64,000 nt of DNA from a virus: the IMG/VR virus record IMGVR_UViG_3300036761_001387, positions 3,103 through 67,102 of that record. One strand, given 5' to 3'. Made by a program: the position numbers and the translations under genes. Positions 12,401 to 19,321 of the stretch are shown piece after piece; the stretch's first letter is position 1, and every line of letters begins with the position of its first letter. The notes under the pieces are model-generated. The model was not told the DNA's origin, ran no database searches, and was given only the letters and a program-made list of their open reading frames with translations.

Positions 12401-12404
12401 GCAC
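3480..12404 (-). CDS. 2974-aa polyvalent/ejection protein with RadC-like JAB domain and HhH-glycosylase-like domain
   Basis: HNHPTGDPTPSPAD JAB motif at 8964-9005; WY...ITSPQ...GRKTNNFY...TVDVHV...QVQAALW block at about 7680-8140; last gene of the ejection cluster. Confidence 0.8.
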   Translation of the reverse strand: MPESFAPPPGFDFADTNDPTSPEPEKKTFAPPPGFDFAEPEKPRAPKYAFEATVEGAMPTDEPVGEAMPPPPAPLATSPGIIEGRKAHAAATSLSAKALDQLFENPDPAAESTLDPKTQALLKQLRAKKALQDQIAPVTTEPLMAVSRGLVEQRDKRAELAKLQQEQEAENASRPGLLGTAIKSLPGAFGIASTQSAPLEVPAVPGKPLVARDEDLVRRFHEAGALAAPEREGIQTEGVTSIPTNLEKNVRGVGEIIGRRNEAYQQTITEPVASAAGHAVAGVLTTLGVPKDAATTIGRAAASPVEFITALGSPTNASLLLGLPIVAAAAPVAVPYVSAAITSYFGAEGAVGAAQGLTDLTKNWDALSPEERGVAISGILASAYMAFVPGLHEKGAKVHEANKHLYDQWRMRQQFEGRPPGEEPLDVETAAKPFAPPDGFEFAPEPVGIAANQRPDLADELPPGVDATGLGPAPPPRPVEAQGPTIPIGLNAERGAEGPLQFPPVPLAEFPMLKPELALELGPEPQGGPAGPREQWRYKGRVLETAQRIAGGEEVTPEALRQQYAMSRKNAEELLWDAKKKAMEIPSVRQEPTPAEAAPPNAAARPEARRPEEPQATTPPVQSTEAVAPPTVAEPRGRYDERVTRAMREAGWAEGEIEPRLEAEEQLFRQIDVHREEQAKAKADPNYHAVPFKVVATLPAEAGTTLVKEANDKFAKNQHLLSAPDKSGVREAELKTDHGLPYRLIVAEDPGGGRAIAVLNGSGRVHLVVADYDRSRYNGRLDPFTPTNRVQARMSERGVKRGPDEAYTPAGGQMVQDHLPRKAEVPVLEAMRGAENELAGTGDIRYLPGDSRAGEGLSAADVAKGLEDLRTATYHTSEGDAVLAAARKAKETHHGEWQETGGVLREGQPEAAGAYGRGPRSDVEGALVRAPVGPGGLPRVQGTPLAAAERGHPREIEGSARVEAPRDRKTLDLFGAEALPSSGRPGAAHPELAPAVRESVLLRAAVAARRGIEELRGRLDRRQSLKSDLRARTVGTRIADDLQEKGVVSLVGLKVRQGEGFIEDLATVGQVARDSRFETLRYLAIRDGEIVGEWAITSNLPTQVMAADVPLAEHHAEVVDWLRAHRAEGYAITHNHPTGDPTPSPADHRMTLVAYEAFRKAAPDLTFEGHVIINHKTYGILRLSEAGRDSDTLAARVEMLPLRVKQPVVLRALETDNRIGLGMRVADHHDLAKVAERLGSDPETITLVHASRDVDPQLSIVGRVRAVETIPVDLVLSASDRGAQYEKICDYIVQSMSDHGTHNVFLVHNGTEGKYDAYIRDLANFLRTEGAIRDAKINGRGIPEGLTVKSPDAGLRYGEKPAVMHVAEPEGGYGVGEKRDEDMWRGRPRELNGAPEHLKTLLDRRVWENKLAKEAKAAETRRFWYEKTSKHVLKIMQGDVEDAGILCRFMAITSPQESVPINWRRALQAFHQWKNGEPIHSSKQDRQDEAMQAAADAGANWEGRKTNNFYKNLMVEIDPHRIQGSTVDVHVMDKFGYKTGAPTERQYDFAEKTLERIAKKLGNDWRPHQVQAALWTHEKWTKNTKKWEAGGKVGPKPTIEEAGADFADLAPRESGRVTLEAVPPRSYLERTTPENKAQYTDEALQHVPLLDWARKLGLLPEKVEINAGAYEGESNPAPHVYLSMPAGPGGAPVEIEPSARALVERFAAMVGKALGQASVGYGCYFRLARDKQSGRILEPDKANAVYFPFEKKPTPEEAVAFLHEFEAAGLDGFVVPDEHGIGAITWAGQDREVLKSFRQRAVAAAERATGKMDVPFDERAHDGGLVEGGADGYESRLTGIPPELRADLDRSSDAVREVQARWEDRLAEAERASGAGPEAEAGPAALAAEPRAGYGEVGPEETPPEDVRDVGEWERERAAERAARPVETRPPAETPAPAREPIAPPEAAAAPREPEFGPAARRRIVAAPPVRMEGGVGPATKGEEMAQPPLGKRITAMVEGDPLKPKAKLNRLAELKDILGGYGLNQLEMASARAAELARRAASSLPKAIKMVSVAVPKIAEALKGTVKDAENFFTALAESRLRGIRDKYTDMIGYVDKLSPEELIEQAKTGLFDTAITAIDGKRGFEERDLPDELSTALYDAEGKSATRGTEAERKAQIAESVQGLRRFLKEVFSTARDNVGEAVLANDEKFEAYIARPEVKKALEIYKRLLEAPMRDAHELNEGFVSKHLGPMDAYFPLSQAPEMAPRDYRGERSPWIKPKNPGNNFATGLSDQYDTGVEALRNSLARSIRLNGRGGLIGELQTQGLLKPLAPGQSSTGTVKWGGQTFEAETVPIGIAMMISKDGKLIRVPQARAEVPKWLAKELSTILTGDPKVEEAQFQKILHFITAFQMGGPTDAVFHTANLVGTMVLRAPIVGTDIFSKAASANAMTKFVAGLANIMAVKPEAAEWSERYMEMVENGQIPNRAGTVTYSKRLAETTGAEKVSFLQTPWHRDRAGKGHARSPIDFSPIVFGPNGLDIRCRLLLDKIGEHIAEKSGIEMTPNERFQFTRMLGNYVFETEGRIERGAKSTGMAPFYTAGRQMNWNGIAGMLSAGHLPVGEGLAKQTFNRYRAMQVMSGLTGLVATWAVVNKLYRDKWPWEDDESRLFQIAIKPEHRQTALARAIYGDNLDRTAWVNLGFTSPLIARGLRVTGLRSQIENRMMKGMPGWKADEQSMLDTLNGWTHPFLGPPARMAAAFFGTEPYVQSLTSAGRSTPTLKSIVRGRVEKGWPGRSKIAEAMLVQSNPIFRRLETGKVEEHPATRVLADTMIPNLFGGPYSSQDTPLETILRENVPPTEAKTTEQLKQADITHGLTSRLRAAIKSSDTERAVTIREEIGAAVKEGKLPPHELKDIQKAATQVKNLGNFQRARMAAAVEAFEYATPAERKELYPAFVKKFRGTKWREEYKPDVVDDLTKRAMALIKQGPTKSAYAP
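6713..6913 (-). CDS. Putative nested gene (+1 frame) inside the polyvalent protein gene, 66 aa
   Basis: AAGGAGG just upstream of ATG 6913; GC3-rich codons in this frame while the host frame shows AGT/CGA/CTT/GGA/CCA. Confidence 0.55.
   Translation of the reverse strand: MGTRVDLPESHPSYGRIWIGPVMPFGKSKPAGKTDSPKPSEPAEPAPKRKLGQQPLPPSPVPGTEK
9518..9724 (-). CDS. Putative nested gene (+1 frame) inside the polyvalent protein gene, 68 aa
   Basis: GAAGGAG-N8-ATG 9724; MANGKKLAAFFARVNPKLPALM with genome-typical codons. Confidence 0.6.
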   Translation of the reverse strand: MANGKKLAAFFARVNPKLPALMAADHAAMLKEPSFEPPSGPVAYQGFKAPRSPQQNAAIHAKSKGPLG

Positions 12405-12405
12405 G

Positions 12406-13866
12406 CTACTTCACCGACACCCACGTTCCCTTCGTCGCGTCGAATCGCATCGGGGCCATCGCTCCCGTCTTCTTGTCGCGCATCATCGCTACGTCGCCGT
12501 TCTTCGGCGGCTTGCCGGCCGCAAAGTCTTCTTTCGTATAGTTCGCCGTGGGCGGCGGCGCCGCGGGGCCTTCCGGCTGCGGCTTCGGCGCGAACGGTGC
12601 CGGTTTGCCCGCCTGAGTGACGTGAAAGTTGAAATCGCCAACGATCCGGTCCCTGATCTTGGTACGCATCTCGTCCTGCTCTTCGGGCGTCGCCGTCGAG
12701 CCGAGGCCGGATTCCCACTTCTGGTAGGCCCGCTCGGTTTCCGCGACGATCGCGGGGGTGACCTTCTCGTCGAAGCCGGCCTTGGGCTGCGTCTTTTTCC
12801 CGCCGCCCCCCAAGCGCGTGAGCGCCATCTTCCCGGTCGTCGGGTCTTTCATAATGACCGACACGTTGCCGTCGTTGTCTACGATCGGCTGGCCGACCGC
12901 CTGTGGGGTCGTCTCCTTCGCCGGCTGCTTCGGTCTGAACGGCACGTCGGCCGTTTCCGGCACTCCGGCGAACCCGGTATCGGGCATCGGGCCCTGCGCC
13001 GTGTACTCCTGCGTGGCCTTGATGACTTCCTGCCGCTGGGTGACCGGGTTGAAGAAGGTGGCCTCGCCGTTCTCGTTGAGCTGCTCCTTCCCGGGCACCA
13101 TCGCGGCAGCCTTGGCCTTGGCGATCCTCTCCGCCGAGTCCGCGTGGATTCTGGCCGCCTTTTCGCGGTCGCTCTCCGGCCTAAGACCGAGATCGATCTG
13201 CTGGCCGCCACGAGTCATCTGCACCCGGTGCGTCCCGTCCGACCTGACGACGTCGAACGTCTTCCCCATCGGTTCGGTCGACCTCCGGTTGTCTTCGTAC
13301 TCGGCCTGACGGGTCAATTCGTTCCGTTCGGCCAGAAGGTCGCGCATCTTCATCGATTGCTGATACCGCGAGCTGGAATTACTGAAAAGACCGGCGATCC
13401 CTGACACCAAGCTGCCAGCGGAGCGCTTTTCCTCCGCGATCTCCGCATCGATGCGACTCACGGCGTCCCACGCCGGGCTTCTCGGCCTGTCCGGGGCGGC
13501 AGCCGCGTCTCCGTAGTCGTTCGGACGCTCTGGACTCGAGGCGGGGGGCTTTTCTCCCCTCACACCGGCCGGATCCGGCTCAGGGGCGTTCCCGGCCGAG
13601 GCGATCTTGTCGGGAACCGCTTGGGCAGCGCGCTCCGGCTCGTACCCGGGCTCATACGGGCTCACGTTACCCGAAAAGCCGCGCCGATCCGACGATCCAG
13701 TGCCCTCTCTTGCGAGTTGCTTCTCCAAAGCGACCTTGTAGGGCGATGGCTGCGGGTCCGCGACATCATCCGGCTCGAAAAGCTGGTACGGAGAGCCCGG
13801 ATAGTCCTCGTCCATGATCCCGCTGAAGGGACCCTGCATCCTGAAGGAGTTCCCGATCATGGTCAT
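12406..13866 (-). CDS. Putative ejection (DNA transfer) protein
   Basis: Largely disordered with coiled coil; directly upstream of the giant protein. Confidence 0.55.
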   Translation of the reverse strand: MTMIGNSFRMQGPFSGIMDEDYPGSPYQLFEPDDVADPQPSPYKVALEKQLAREGTGSSDRRGFSGNVSPYEPGYEPERAAQAVPDKIASAGNAPEPDPAGVRGEKPPASSPERPNDYGDAAAAPDRPRSPAWDAVSRIDAEIAEEKRSAGSLVSGIAGLFSNSSSRYQQSMKMRDLLAERNELTRQAEYEDNRRSTEPMGKTFDVVRSDGTHRVQMTRGGQQIDLGLRPESDREKAARIHADSAERIAKAKAAAMVPGKEQLNENGEATFFNPVTQRQEVIKATQEYTAQGPMPDTGFAGVPETADVPFRPKQPAKETTPQAVGQPIVDNDGNVSVIMKDPTTGKMALTRLGGGGKKTQPKAGFDEKVTPAIVAETERAYQKWESGLGSTATPEEQDEMRTKIRDRIVGDFNFHVTQAGKPAPFAPKPQPEGPAAPPPTANYTKEDFAAGKPPKNGDVAMMRDKKTGAMAPMRFDATKGTWVSVK

Positions 13867-13875
13867 AGTCGCCCC

Positions 13876-15036
13876 CTATCTCGGTTTCACGGTCGTCGAC
13901 GCGCCTTCCGTGTGATCCTCGCGACCCTGCTTGAGAATCGCGTCCTGAGCGGCCTGCTGCGCCGCCTGCTGCTGCGCGGCGAGCTGGGCGAGCGTCATCA
14001 GGCCCTGCGCGCCCGTCGTCTTGCGCCCGAAGATGTTCTGGCCGAGATTCGTGAGCCCGCTGGCCGCCGTCGCGGCCTTCCCGATCTGCTGCGCGTTCTG
14101 TCCTGCCTGAGAAGTGATGCCGAACTGCTGCCGGTTCGCCGCGATGCCAGCGACGTCTCCGGTTCCCCTGAGCCCCGCCTCTTTCTGGCGCTCCCGCTCG
14201 TTGAAAATGTCGATCGTGTTTTTCCGCGCGGCGTCCGTCATGGCCCGCGAGGCGTCACGGGCGAGCCCGACGCCTGAAACGGCGCTCGCGAGCGGGTTAT
14301 TCGTCGACGCGGCGAGCCTCGAGGCCCTTTCGCGCTCGACGCTGAAGGGCGTAGCGGCCGTTTCGAGCGCGATCCCGGTCAGCGCCTGCTTCGTGGCAGC
14401 GTCGAAGCCGCCGTTTTCGATCATGTCCTGATATTTCTTCCTCAGGAGCGACTCGTCAGCGCCAGAAGTCGTGCCGTAGGTGCCCGTTTGCTTGTAGAGC
14501 GCCTGCTCCTGCGCGTTCGGACCGGAAGCGAGTTCCGCGAGGGTCTTCCCGGCCTTCGTGTCGTAGCCGCTTTCCGGGTTCGTGATGAATCCGCGCAGGA
14601 CATCGAGGAGCCCGGGCGCGCCACCGGCCGCCGGAGCGGGCCCGGGCGCGGGGGCTGGCACCGGACCGCCAGCCGGAGCTGGCGGGGGAGTCTGTGAGAT
14701 GGCCGGAGCGGGCCCGGGCGCGCTCCCGCCGGGCACAGTCGCCGTGGTCCCGCCGACAGGGGGCCCCAGCCTCATGCTGACGCCCTTCGCGGGCGGGTTC
14801 GGAGGTGCGGTGCCGGGGCCGGGGGGCGGGGCGGGAGGGGGCGCCGCAGCCTGTCTCTGGGCTACTACCTCTGGCGGCCACTGATCCTGCGACGGCTCGG
14901 GACCGGGCCCCATCCACGCCCACTGACCGGACGTCTGCTTCTGCCAGCCCTGAGCGGAATTGGTCGCAGGGGTCGGGGAGGGACGCGGCTCCGTCTCTTC
15001 TGGATCGAGCTGATATCGGCTGACGTTGTACATCAC
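13876..15036 (-). CDS. Putative ejection protein, Pro-rich N-terminus and Ala/Gln/Gly helical C-terminus
   Basis: AAGGAAGG RBS; composition like podovirus pilot proteins. Confidence 0.55.
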   Translation of the reverse strand: MMYNVSRYQLDPEETEPRPSPTPATNSAQGWQKQTSGQWAWMGPGPEPSQDQWPPEVVAQRQAAAPPPAPPPGPGTAPPNPPAKGVSMRLGPPVGGTTATVPGGSAPGPAPAISQTPPPAPAGGPVPAPAPGPAPAAGGAPGLLDVLRGFITNPESGYDTKAGKTLAELASGPNAQEQALYKQTGTYGTTSGADESLLRKKYQDMIENGGFDAATKQALTGIALETAATPFSVERERASRLAASTNNPLASAVSGVGLARDASRAMTDAARKNTIDIFNERERQKEAGLRGTGDVAGIAANRQQFGITSQAGQNAQQIGKAATAASGLTNLGQNIFGRKTTGAQGLMTLAQLAAQQQAAQQAAQDAILKQGREDHTEGASTTVKPR

Positions 15037-15045
15037 ATCCTTCCT

Positions 15046-16221
15046 TTAGAAGAGGTACATCCAGTTCGCGTTGGTTGTACCGCCTCCACCACCAACGCCA
15101 ACGCCGAGACGTCCGCCAACGCCGCCGCCGCCCGGACGCTTTATCCTCGGCTGCCTCGTGATCGGATCGACCTCGGTCTGGGTTTCGTCGGGCGGAGGCG
15201 TCGCCGCGCCGTCTGTCGGGCTGGGGGGACGGAAGAGCGACACCGCTGGCCGCCCCGCGCCGGGACCCGGATGCGCCGGGTCACCCGGGCCACCGCCGGC
15301 CGGAGGATTCGGAGGAACGTCCGGCGGCGCCGGAGGCGGCGTCGTGACGGGAGGGGTCGTCAAGGGCTTGTTCCCTGCCCCGTACAGAACGTCGTCGAAG
15401 ATGTTCCCGAACTTGCTGGCGCCCGCCTGATGACCCTGCAGCGCGAGATCGAACGGACTCCCCGGCTGGATCTGGCCGGTGTCGCCGAGGTACGTCTTCG
15501 TGTTCTTCGACTGGCCCTTCGTGTAGCTCGTGCCGCCGAACAGGCCCTTGGCCGCGTCGAGCAGCGCCTTCATGGTGTCGCTGGAGGAGCCCTTGGACGA
15601 GCCGCCGCCGCTGCTCCCGCCGCCGCCGCTCCCGGATGGCGTGACTGCTTTCGGGGCCGCCTTCAAAGGTTGTCCGGTGACCGGGTTGGTCACAACCTTC
15701 CCGTCCCTCGTGACCTGCCCCTTCTCGTTCACGCCCATCGTCCCCTCGTCGACCGGGCCCTGCGGCTCGTTCGCGTTTACCGTCCACTCGCCGGTCTTCG
15801 AATCGAGAGAATGGACCGTGCCCCACGCATCGACGTACTTGTATCCACCATCGGCGCCGTAGCCGTAGTATTCCTTCCCGGTGGGCGCGTCGTCTCTCCA
15901 GTTCCCCGTGTTCTCGTCGAGGTAGTGCTTCCCGTTCGCGTCCTCGTAGAAATAGAGGCCGTTTGGGTCATAACCATATCCGCCCCCGCCCGTGTCGTCC
16001 CCAAACACAAGCGGGTCCCCATTCTCGTCTACGTCGGGCAATCCTCCGGGAGTGTAGTCTCCCGGATCCCAGCCGATCGGCTCGTCGCCCGGCTGCCATG
16101 GCCCGAAAATATCCCCCGGATCGCCGCCGCCGCCGGGATCTGGGTCCGTGAAATCAATCGGCCAGTCGCCGCCGCCGCCGGGATCCTCGTCGAGCCAGTC
16201 GCCTTCTTCGTTAAAGCCCAT
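15046..16221 (-). CDS. Low-complexity Asp/Gly/Tyr- and Pro-rich protein, probably virion-internal
   Basis: GGAGG RBS before ATG 16221. Confidence 0.6.
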   Translation of the reverse strand: MGFNEEGDWLDEDPGGGGDWPIDFTDPDPGGGGDPGDIFGPWQPGDEPIGWDPGDYTPGGLPDVDENGDPLVFGDDTGGGGYGYDPNGLYFYEDANGKHYLDENTGNWRDDAPTGKEYYGYGADGGYKYVDAWGTVHSLDSKTGEWTVNANEPQGPVDEGTMGVNEKGQVTRDGKVVTNPVTGQPLKAAPKAVTPSGSGGGGSSGGGSSKGSSSDTMKALLDAAKGLFGGTSYTKGQSKNTKTYLGDTGQIQPGSPFDLALQGHQAGASKFGNIFDDVLYGAGNKPLTTPPVTTPPPAPPDVPPNPPAGGGPGDPAHPGPGAGRPAVSLFRPPSPTDGAATPPPDETQTEVDPITRQPRIKRPGGGGVGGRLGVGVGGGGGTTNANWMYLF

Positions 16222-16705
16222 TTGCCACCTCCGCCCGCCAGTCCTCAAAGGTCTGGATGGCACCCGCACCGTGAAACAGTTCGTGGACTTCTCTGATCAC
16301 GGCACGCTGGTGCTCCCAGCCGCCGACGAGGAAGGCGATCATCCCCAGTACGCGCTCAAGCGCTTCCCTGTGGACGAACGCGAACATCTTCGTTTCTACC
16401 TTATCTTCCGCGAGCCAGTCGTTGCTCGCGTCCCAGTACGCCAGAGCCGAAACGATCAGCGGCGTCAGGCTGTTGCTGTGCCGCCTGAAGAATGGGTTCC
16501 CCACGATCTCGACGAAGACCATCCCGAGCAGCTTCGCGACCGCCGCCGACCGCCGCCCGAGCGTGCCCGTGATCTCGGGCCTGTCCATGTCGACGATGTC
16601 GTCGGCGAGGTGCGAGGCATTGAAGAGCGAACTGATCAGAGCGGAGGCATCCCCGTCACCGCACCCCCACTTGGCGATCAGCTCGTGCTCGGGCGGTCTG
16701 GTCAT
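16211..16705 (-). CDS. All-alpha protein with DDxxD motif (isoprenoid-synthase-like fold candidate)
   Basis: HLADDIVDMD...NPFF...WDASN...LVGG pattern. Confidence 0.6.
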   Translation of the reverse strand: MTRPPEHELIAKWGCGDGDASALISSLFNASHLADDIVDMDRPEITGTLGRRSAAVAKLLGMVFVEIVGNPFFRRHSNSLTPLIVSALAYWDASNDWLAEDKVETKMFAFVHREALERVLGMIAFLVGGWEHQRAVIREVHELFHGAGAIQTFEDWRAEVANGL

Positions 16706-17241
16706 CAGGGCTTGAAGGATCCGCCCTTCTTGAAGGGGCGGAATGACCGGCCGCCGCGAGAGAGGGGCTTGTGCTCCTCGTCGCTGTTCCGGAGGGAATG
16801 GCCCTCCTCCCAGCTCAGACCGAGGGCCGGCTTCCGGCTCTCCTCGATCGCTTCGACTTCCTTGGACTCGCCAGCCTCGTGCGCGGGCGTCTCCTCTTCC
16901 TCGCTCTCGACGGGGCCGTACTTCGCGGTCTCGACCGTATCGGGGGGCTTCTCGCTCGAGTCACCGAACATGATCGCGTTCGGCCCCTCCTCGTTGTCCG
17001 ATGTGTACGGCGAGGATTCCTGCTCGGCATTCTGCGGGGTGTCCTCGACGGCCGGCACGGTCGCGAATTTCCCGTGTTCCTCGGCGAGCGCATGGTGATG
17101 CTCGGCCAGCTTCTTGTGGTGCTCCGCCAGCGCGGCATGATCTCCGTCGCCCTCGTCGTTTGGAGCATCGCCGACCGGGCCGCCCTTGTCCTTCAGGGAC
17201 TGCTTCAGGTACTCGCGGCGCTTCTTCAGGATCGGGAACAT
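16705..17241 (-). CDS. Acidic/His-rich disordered protein
   Basis: AAGGAG RBS before ATG 17241; HAALAEHHKKLAEHHHALAEEH. Confidence 0.65.
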   Translation of the reverse strand: MFPILKKRREYLKQSLKDKGGPVGDAPNDEGDGDHAALAEHHKKLAEHHHALAEEHGKFATVPAVEDTPQNAEQESSPYTSDNEEGPNAIMFGDSSEKPPDTVETAKYGPVESEEEETPAHEAGESKEVEAIEESRKPALGLSWEEGHSLRNSDEEHKPLSRGGRSFRPFKKGGSFKP

Positions 17242-17251
17242 CTCGTTCTCC

Positions 17252-18310
17252 TTATGAGGTGCCAGCGGCACCGGGCGTTTGGTTGATTGCGGCCGTGATG
17301 GGCTTCTTCCGCGGATCGTACAGGTCAGCGCCCTGTTGCTGGGCCGTCGAACGCATCGTGCTGGGCCCACGCGCCCCGGTCGCCCATGCTGGCGGCGTGG
17401 GCGCCGAAGCGCCGGGCGCGCTGCCCTGCAGCGTTCCGGGATTCGTCGGCTTCGACACCGTGACGGCTGGATTCGTGGCCTGCACGGGGTTCGTCGGAGC
17501 CGTGTAACCCGGACCCGGCGTATAGGACATCGCCCCGCTGCCAGCCGGGGCCGTGGGCTGATTCGTCGCGCCGGCCACGGCCGTGTTCTTCAGCGTCTGG
17601 ACGACGTTCGCGTTGTTCTGGATCGCCTCGGCCGGAGCGGCCGTGGCGGGCGGCACCTCCTGATCGACGATGGGCGTGGTCGAAGCCGAGGCATCCTCTT
17701 GTGTCCCGTACCCCAACGAGCCACCGGCCGTGGATTGCGCGCCAGCATCGCCGGCAGCGTTCGGCCCAGAGACGGCCGCGGGCTTGCCGCCGGTCGCCGT
17801 CGTCTGGTACTGCTGCATCTTCTGGGTCGCATAGTTCGGGTCGCTGGCGACGGACTGCTTAAGCTGATCCATCGTGCCGGAACCGATATTTGCGAAGCTG
17901 GTCTTCGCGGCATCGGCCCCGTTTCCCTTCCATGTCTGCCCCGGAGCCGAGGCCGGCATCGCGCCCCGCAAACCTTCATCGTGCTTGGCTTGAATCATGT
18001 CCCATGCGGTTAGCCCCATGCTGTACCCGCTCTCGATGTAGTCGGCGTAGTATTTCGCCTTCTCCGCGGGCGTGCTCCCGGGGAGGTGGTCAATGGCGCT
18101 CATGGACGGCGAGGATGACGTCATCGCCAGAAACTTCAGGGGGTCGTTCCCGGCGCGCGCCATGATCTCCTGCGCGATAAGGGCGTCATAGCCGGCGCCC
18201 TGAACGGCGGCCCGCTGTTTACCCCAGCCGGTAGACGAAGCGCTGTTTGCGGCCGTCTGTGGACGGCCCTCCTGAGTCAGCTTTCGCCTCCGGTTGATGA
18301 CGTTGTACAT
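17252..18310 (-). CDS. Protein with N-terminal helical domain (paralog of 59596..60054) and Ala/Thr/Pro tail
   Basis: AGGAGG RBS; manual alignment to 59596..60054. Confidence 0.7.
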   Translation of the reverse strand: MYNVINRRRKLTQEGRPQTAANSASSTGWGKQRAAVQGAGYDALIAQEIMARAGNDPLKFLAMTSSSPSMSAIDHLPGSTPAEKAKYYADYIESGYSMGLTAWDMIQAKHDEGLRGAMPASAPGQTWKGNGADAAKTSFANIGSGTMDQLKQSVASDPNYATQKMQQYQTTATGGKPAAVSGPNAAGDAGAQSTAGGSLGYGTQEDASASTTPIVDQEVPPATAAPAEAIQNNANVVQTLKNTAVAGATNQPTAPAGSGAMSYTPGPGYTAPTNPVQATNPAVTVSKPTNPGTLQGSAPGASAPTPPAWATGARGPSTMRSTAQQQGADLYDPRKKPITAAINQTPGAAGTS

Positions 18311-18318
18311 GGGGCCTC

Positions 18319-18972
18319 CTACCAGCCGCGGCCCGGACCTTTCCTCCTGCCGGGCGGCTGATTCGCCATCTGACGAAAACGCGAAGGGCCCTGCGGAGGA
18401 GGCGTGCCGGGAGCGGGAGCGCCCGGAGCGCCACCGGCCGTGGCCTGCGGCAGAACGCCGCCGGTACGAGGAGCAGCCTGCCCACCCGGAGCCGGTCGCC
18501 CGGCGGTCACGGCGCCGCCGCTCATCGCGCTCGGCCTGACGCCCTTGCCGGCCATCCCCGGCGTGTTCGCGCCGTAGAAGGTGTTGTCAACGGGCGGCTT
18601 GGGCGCATACGCGCTGGGGTCCGTGTGCCCATACGTTCCGCGGTTCGGATCGAACCCAAGATTCGTCGTGTCGATGCCGCCGGACGGCGAGTCGGACTGG
18701 TAGTCGGACTGGTAGATGGTTCCCGTCTGCGGCGGCGGCAGCACCATCTTCGCTCCGGGCTTGTTGTCGGGGGGGTCGATGATTTCCGTCTGCGGCGGCG
18801 GCACCATCTTCGCTCCGGGCTGGTTGTCGGGGGGCGTTGCCGGGAACGTAGACCATGTGTCTCGGTTCATCGGGTCGTACTTGGTCGTTCCCGGAACGTA
18901 TCCGTCCGGGGCGTCGTTGGCGACGTAGGGCTTCCCCGTTTTCGGATCAATGGGCTGTGGAAGTGCTGGCAT
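18319..18972 (-). CDS. Pro/Gly-rich disordered protein with internal tandem repeat
   Basis: AGGAGG RBS; PPDNxPGAKMV(L)PPPQT occurs twice. Confidence 0.7.
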   Translation of the reverse strand: MPALPQPIDPKTGKPYVANDAPDGYVPGTTKYDPMNRDTWSTFPATPPDNQPGAKMVPPPQTEIIDPPDNKPGAKMVLPPPQTGTIYQSDYQSDSPSGGIDTTNLGFDPNRGTYGHTDPSAYAPKPPVDNTFYGANTPGMAGKGVRPSAMSGGAVTAGRPAPGGQAAPRTGGVLPQATAGGAPGAPAPGTPPPQGPSRFRQMANQPPGRRKGPGRGW

Positions 18973-18985
18973 GGTGTTCCTCCTA

Positions 18986-19321
18986 TTAGTCGTTGACTAC
19001 TTCCCAAGTGAAGGTGCTGTTGTCGAAGACGCTCGTGCTGCGAACGATGAAGCTGAACCCGGGGACGCGCTCGCTCGCGAGAGCCTCCAGCCGCGTGCCC
19101 GGGATCCCGATGGGCTTGAGGCACTCGAGGTGGATCACCGAGTCGGACAGCACTTCCGCGCTCTTCACGGTACAGACGCCGTTGATCAGCGTGCCGACGC
19201 CCGTGGTTCTCTCGTCGATCAGCTCGTTGATCTTGTCGCGGATCTCCTGAAGGATCTGGTACAGGGCCGGATCCGTGTACCGCTCCGCGAGCTTCACGAG
19301 GGCGACGCGCTTCGTGCTCAT
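18986..19321 (-). CDS. Small tail protein (needle/plug-like: helix plus beta domain)
   Basis: TGATG coupling to the nozzle C-terminal ORF; position after nozzle. Confidence 0.55.
   Translation of the reverse strand: MSTKRVALVKLAERYTDPALYQILQEIRDKINELIDERTTGVGTLINGVCTVKSAEVLSDSVIHLECLKPIGIPGTRLEALASERVPGFSFIVRSTSVFDNSTFTWEVVND

Noticed and set aside
18722-18835. Approximately 60-bp tandem repeat as a non-coding array
   Set aside because: Only two units, in frame within a Pro-rich CDS.
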